From Candidatus Thorarchaeota archaeon (GTDB taxonomy: Archaea; Asgardarchaeota; Thorarchaeia; Thorarchaeales; Thorarchaeaceae), in the NCBI GenBank assembly GCA_016840855.1, contig JAEORO010000167.1, positions 1 to 20,352 of the forward strand: DNA of 20,352 nt, in the 5' to 3' direction. Position 1 is the stretch's first letter. Each line of letters opens with the position of its first letter. The position numbers and the translations under genes are program-made. Below, piece by piece: positions 16,410 to 20,352 of this stretch. A model generated the notes under the pieces. It was given only the letters and a program-made list of their open reading frames with translations, did not search any database and had not been told where the DNA came from.

Positions 16410-18320
16410 CTATTGCTTTCTAACAAGTCGGAGTGCGTTGGCAATGACTGCGAAGGTGAGGCCCATATCTCCGATGCCAATTGCCATCCAGAGATTAACA
16501 AGACCGAGAGCTGCCAATATCCCAATTACGAGTTTAACTGATATCGATACGGTGATGTTTTGACGAACAATTGTCATAGTCTTCTTTGCTTTCTTGATGA
16601 GAGCTGGAACTTTTCTCAAGTCTTGTTGCATCAACGCAATATCTGCAGTTTCAAGAGCCGCATCTGAAGACACTGCACCCATAGCAATTCCTACGTCAGC
16701 TACTGCTAAGGCTGGAGCATCATTAATCCCATCGCCAACCATAACTGTAGATCCAGAAGCTGAGAGGTCTTCAATGGCTTTGACTTTCTCTTGAGGTAGA
16801 AGCTCTGCCATATAATGGTTGACTCCAATTTCTTCTGCGATTTCCTTTGCGACAATTTCGCTATCGCCAGTGAGCATTGTTGAGTTTATGCCCATGCTTT
16901 TTAATTCCTGAATTGCATCGATTGCACCTTCTCGCAGTGAATCTGACAGGATGATTGTTCCAAGATGCTCGTGGTTTTTAGCGACATATACCATTGTTCC
17001 TACGCCGCACTTGTGTTCTGTGAGTTTTTCCAACTCTATTTCCTGTTCGATGAGGAGTCTTCGATTACCAACAAGATAGGTGATATCTCCTATTGTTCCC
17101 TCTGCGCCTAAACCTGGTATAGCTGAAAACCTATCTACTTCACGCATCTGGAAATCCTCATCCGCAACAGCAGCAACCAAAGCTTTTGCAATGGGATGTT
17201 CTGACATCTGCTCAAGTGCTGCTGCAGCTGTCAGTACATCTGATTTTGTGTAATTATTATGAAGGCATACTTCTTTGACAGCTAGTATTCCTTCTGTAAG
17301 GGTGCCTGTCTTATCAAAAGCAACATTCTTTGTCTTACTAACCTGTTCAATATGAACACCACCTTTTACTAGGATTCCCTCTCTTGCAGACCCTGCGATT
17401 GAAGATACCATGCTAACTGGGATAGAGACTACAAATGCGCATGGGCAGCTAATCACCAAGAGAGTTAAAGCTCGATAAGTTGCTTCAGTTATAGATGAAC
17501 CAAGTAATAATGAGATTAATCCTAGAAGGACTGTAAGAGTAACCATGACTGGAGTGTACTTTCGAGAAAAGCGTGTTATCAGTTTCTCAGTAGGGGCTTT
17601 CTTATTCTTTGCCTCTTCTACTAATTCGACAATTCTTGACAAAATCGTTTCATTTGACTCTGATGTGACTTCAACCTCAATGTATCCTTCTTGGTTTATT
17701 GTACCAGCATATACCTGATCTCCAATAATCTTTGGAACTGGAACTGATTCACCAGTGATAGGTGCCTGGTTCACTGATGTTTCTCCATTCATTATCACTC
17801 CATCAAGGCCGATTCTAGAACCCGGACGAATAATCAGGATATCTCCACGCTTGACCTCAGATGTTGGAATACACGCCTCTGATCCCTTCACTAGAATTGT
17901 AGCTGAGCGCGGCTCCAGTTCTATGAGCCCCCATAATTCTTTCTTTACCTGGTCTTCGGCTCTTTCTTCAAGTAGCATAGAAATGAAGAAGAGGAACATG
18001 ACAGCAGCGCCTTCTGCAGGAGCCCCAATTATGAAAGCTCCAATAGACGCAGATGACATGAGAAAATGCATATCCAATCTGAGCTTCAGAAGTCCCTGAA
18101 CACCACGAGGAATAATGAATTGACCAGCAGACAGCATCGAGATGAGGAATACGCCATACACAATTAGAACATCAAAATTAAGCGCCTCAACTATTATGCC
18201 CAAGGTGAGCATAATGGCTGAAAGGACCGCCATCCGATATTTGAAGCGCTTTGGCTTCACTGGTTCTAATTCTGTGGGATCCGCACAGGTAGTACATATC
18301 TGATTATCTACCTGCGACAT
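16410..18320 (-). CDS. cadA: Heavy-metal-translocating P1B-type ATPase (Zn/Cd/Pb, P1B-2-like; CadA/ZntA)
   Basis: TGES, CPC, DKTGT, SEHP, MLTGD and GDGINDAPAL, plus a Lys in the penultimate TM (SVKL) and GDMG in the last TM. It has an N-terminal CTTC and overlaps the arsR 3' end by 17 nt. Confidence 0.93.
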   Translation of the reverse strand: MSQVDNQICTTCADPTELEPVKPKRFKYRMAVLSAIMLTLGIIVEALNFDVLIVYGVFLISMLSAGQFIIPRGVQGLLKLRLDMHFLMSSASIGAFIIGAPAEGAAVMFLFFISMLLEERAEDQVKKELWGLIELEPRSATILVKGSEACIPTSEVKRGDILIIRPGSRIGLDGVIMNGETSVNQAPITGESVPVPKIIGDQVYAGTINQEGYIEVEVTSESNETILSRIVELVEEAKNKKAPTEKLITRFSRKYTPVMVTLTVLLGLISLLLGSSITEATYRALTLLVISCPCAFVVSIPVSMVSSIAGSAREGILVKGGVHIEQVSKTKNVAFDKTGTLTEGILAVKEVCLHNNYTKSDVLTAAAALEQMSEHPIAKALVAAVADEDFQMREVDRFSAIPGLGAEGTIGDITYLVGNRRLLIEQEIELEKLTEHKCGVGTMVYVAKNHEHLGTIILSDSLREGAIDAIQELKSMGINSTMLTGDSEIVAKEIAEEIGVNHYMAELLPQEKVKAIEDLSASGSTVMVGDGINDAPALAVADVGIAMGAVSSDAALETADIALMQQDLRKVPALIKKAKKTMTIVRQNITVSISVKLVIGILAALGLVNLWMAIGIGDMGLTFAVIANALRLVRKQ

Positions 18321-18627
18321 GATCTCTAGCCCTCTTCATGATGTCTGTGATGCAAGCGTCATCAAGACTATAGAAAACATGTTTTCCAACTCTTTTCTTC
18401 GTTACAAAACCTTGCATCTTCAAGATGCTCAACTGATGACTTACAGCACTTATCTCCATGTTCAGTCTGTCTGATATGTTGCCAACCGAAAGGCTCTCTT
18501 CTTTACTAAGGGTTGATAGAATTTTCACTCTTGATGGATCTGAAAGAGTTTTGAAAATTGTAATGACCTCATCTAGCTCGCTTTCTTTGAAATCTACTCC
18601 TTGGGTAGATGTTCTAGCTATTTTCAT
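18304..18627 (-). CDS. ArsR/SmtB family metal-responsive transcriptional repressor
   Basis: FKTLSDPSRVKIL, SAVSHQLSILK and RVGKHVFYSL. ATG 18627 follows AAGGTG. The longer 18675 start would run through the operator and TATA box. Confidence 0.92.
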   Translation of the reverse strand: MKIARTSTQGVDFKESELDEVITIFKTLSDPSRVKILSTLSKEESLSVGNISDRLNMEISAVSHQLSILKMQGFVTKKRVGKHVFYSLDDACITDIMKRARDHVAGR

Positions 18628-18640
18628 AGAATGCACCTTT

Positions 18641-18658
18641 CTTGAACATTTGTTCAAG
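18641..18658. promoter_or_regulatory. ArsR/SmtB-type operator inverted repeat
   Basis: Perfect 8-2-8 palindrome CTTGAACA-TT-TGTTCAAG containing the TGAA-N6-TTCA core known from SmtB/CzrA operators, 13 bp upstream of the arsR ATG. Confidence 0.8.
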
Positions 18659-18664
18659 TAATCA

Positions 18665-18672
18665 AATATAAA
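18665..18672 (-). promoter_or_regulatory. Putative archaeal TATA box for the arsR-cadA operon
   Basis: TTTATATT on the - strand immediately upstream of the operator. The usual ~25-bp spacing would put the transcription start inside the palindrome. Confidence 0.5.
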
Positions 18673-18791
18673 CATTCAGATGATGTCTAAATTTGGATTT
18701 ACACAAGCAATCTATATGTGGGCAATTCTGGAAGGAATCGTAGGATATAAGCAGATTCAGCGACTATCGATAGGTCTAGGCGGAAAACGAT

Positions 18792-20352
18792 TTGCAGGAT
18801 CAGCACAACAAGAAAGCCAATCTAGAAGACGAATACTTCGGAATGGTGATGTTAGCAAATGATGGTATTGTCATTTTACAGGATGATAGAATCGTTATGG
18901 CTAATCCCGCATTTCTTGAGATGATGGGATATGATTTTGCGAATCTTGAAGGCAAACCAATTACTGATTTACTAGAGCCAACAACAGCTGGTCAGTTCTC
19001 TGATGTTCACAAGAGGTTGAACTGGGGTCAGAGTGGGCAACCTCCTTTTAGAGCACGTTTTCTAAAGAGTGATGGAAGTCTAGTGCATGTTGAAATGAGC
19101 ACGTCTGATTTTGCCCTCTCTCGAAAACCTGCTATAATGGGTATTGTAAGAGATATTACTCATCAAGTCGAACTTGAATCAGCTATTGATGCATCTGAAA
19201 GTAGGTATCGAACGCTATATACTTCATCACCAATCGCATATTTTTCGCTAAGCTTGATGGGCAATATCTTGCAGGTGAATCAAGCAGCAACTCGATTATT
19301 GGGATATAAAGAGGAGGACCTCATTCGAAGAAATTTCTCATCATTTCTTCCAAATGGAGTGGGAAAAGAGATAGTTGGCCAAATGCTTTCTGAAGTAGCT
19401 AATGGAAAGAGTGTTGAAGATTTTGAGATTCAACTGAAAACAGCAGATGGTCGGTCAACTTGGGTTAGTGTGACAGCAAACTTACTTGAATATCCCGACC
19501 AATCATCAACAATTGCTCTGCTCGCTCTCGATATTGACAGACGCAAGAATGCAGAAGCTAGAGAACAAGTGGAACGAGACCGAGCGAATCTGTATCTAGA
19601 AGTCATGACACATGATCTCAATAATGTGAATCAGAGTCTTCTTTTTTCAACCGGACTTCTTGAGAACTCTAGCGATATTCCTGAACAATACCGTCCATTA
19701 TTGCATGAATCTAGCTGGAATGTCCGACGAGCAGCCAGAATGATTGCGAATTTGAGGTTTCTATTTCGTCTAGCAAATGATCCTCCAACGAGGACAAAAG
19801 TCGATATCTACAACTACTTTCAATCCTCCCTTGCATCAGTTCAAGCAGACTTCCCATGGAAAAGGTTGGAATTGACGACCAATATCGAGAAAGGTAAATT
19901 CGAAGTAGCAGGGCACCAATATCTTGAACAAGTGTGCTTTAACATCCTACACAACACAATGACTTTTGACGAGAAGGATGTCGTTGTTGTTGAAGTAAAT
20001 GCTGAAATTGTTGATGAGGTTAAGATGGTTCGTATCGAGTTCTCTGACCACGGACCTGGTATTCCTGATACTGCAAAAGAATTCATTTTTAGAAGAACAG
20101 GCAGTCCGGATGACCAAATTGTTGGTCGAGGTCTTGGTCTTACACTTGTCGATAGGATTGTAAGGAATATCGGTGGCAAGATCCGGGTGGAGGACCGTGT
20201 AAAGGGCGATCACTCACAAGGTGCGCGCTTTGTTCTTATGCTTCCCCTATGGGCTGAAACGCCCGAACTCCATTGTGGTCGAAATACTTGCATAACTTTC
20301 TATAAATCAAATCACTGTGTGTTTTGTGAGCCTGCAATGGAAATCATGACCG
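18792..20352 (+). CDS. Partial gene (3' end truncated by the window): PAS-PAS histidine kinase with a C-terminal thioredoxin-like CxxC domain; paralog of 236..1966
   Basis: Missing from the ORF track because there is no stop in the window. Manual translation from TTG 18792 (in-frame TAG at 18777; alternative ATG 18843) is open to the end: MQDQHNKK...DGIVILQDD...VRDITHQ...ANLYLEVMTHDLNNVNQ (His at 19611-13)...FNILHNT...DHGPGIPD...GRGLGL...LPLWAETPELHCGRNTCITFYKSNHCVFCEPAMEIMT. Confidence 0.9.
   Translation, partial: MQDQHNKKANLEDEYFGMVMLANDGIVILQDDRIVMANPAFLEMMGYDFANLEGKPITDLLEPTTAGQFSDVHKRLNWGQSGQPPFRARFLKSDGSLVHVEMSTSDFALSRKPAIMGIVRDITHQVELESAIDASESRYRTLYTSSPIAYFSLSLMGNILQVNQAATRLLGYKEEDLIRRNFSSFLPNGVGKEIVGQMLSEVANGKSVEDFEIQLKTADGRSTWVSVTANLLEYPDQSSTIALLALDIDRRKNAEAREQVERDRANLYLEVMTHDLNNVNQSLLFSTGLLENSSDIPEQYRPLLHESSWNVRRAARMIANLRFLFRLANDPPTRTKVDIYNYFQSSLASVQADFPWKRLELTTNIEKGKFEVAGHQYLEQVCFNILHNTMTFDEKDVVVVEVNAEIVDEVKMVRIEFSDHGPGIPDTAKEFIFRRTGSPDDQIVGRGLGLTLVDRIVRNIGGKIRVEDRVKGDHSQGARFVLMLPLWAETPELHCGRNTCITFYKSNHCVFCEPAMEIMT

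Noticed and set aside
266-18099. The many 60-136 aa ORFs nested within or antisense to the called genes (e.g. 4938..5264, 5625..5996, 13905..14315, 17755..18099)
   Set aside because: All lie fully inside well-supported CDS and have no independent motifs.
18628-18675. Longer ArsR N-terminus (MFIFDYLNKCSRKVHS) with a Cys and His that could be metal ligands
   Set aside because: This stretch is the operator palindrome and TATA box, and the SD AAGGTG supports ATG 18627.
18680-18862. 60-aa + strand ORF (MMSKFGFTQ...)
   Set aside because: It covers the divergent promoter region and overlaps the real kinase start in another frame, with no recognisable motif.
19430-20213. Minus-strand ORFs 19430..19621, 19841..20179 and 19947..20213
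   Set aside because: They are antisense shadows of the uncalled + strand kinase.
236-20352. Idea that the two HK-Trx genes are terminal direct repeats of a mobile element or an assembly duplication
   Set aside because: Similarity is at the protein level with extensive nucleotide and amino-acid divergence. No integrase, transposase or att-like repeats were seen.
1-20352. tRNA, rRNA, CRISPR arrays and IS elements
   Set aside because: Intergenic spaces are short (under ~240 bp), and I saw no cloverleaf, repeat-spacer periodicity or terminal inverted repeats by eye.

Overview
Densely packed, roughly 40% GC chromosomal segment with an archaeal signature: GGTGA/GGAG Shine-Dalgarno motifs, TTG/GTG starts, a TTTATA box, and a PCNA PIP-box on DinB. 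The multi-PAS soluble kinases suggest an Asgard (Thorarchaeia-like) genome, which is an inference. I support 19 CDS, two of them partial and missing from the ORF track: the 5' end of a probable SplB-like radical SAM gene (<1..98, -) and a large PAS-PAS-histidine kinase (18792..>20352, +). Other genes are TrmO/YaeB, MscS, an unknown membrane protein, an orphan EutA, a nitroreductase, an ACT protein, a NimA-like flavoprotein, a serine racemase-like PLP enzyme, a 4xPAS kinase, DinB, a REC-HisKA protein, SfsA, an ABC exporter pair and an ArsR/P1B-ATPase operon with a visible operator. The most notable observation is a pair of paralogous soluble PAS-PAS-HisKA-HATPase proteins that bracket the window. 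Each carries a C-terminal thioredoxin-like domain with the same FYKSxHCVFC motif. One copy has an intact H-box and N-box. The other has lost both the phospho-His (H->S) and the N-box Asn (N->Y) but keeps the CxxC. This is a candidate thiol-redox-coupled kinase/pseudokinase system. No rRNA, tRNA, CRISPR array or mobile element was recognised.
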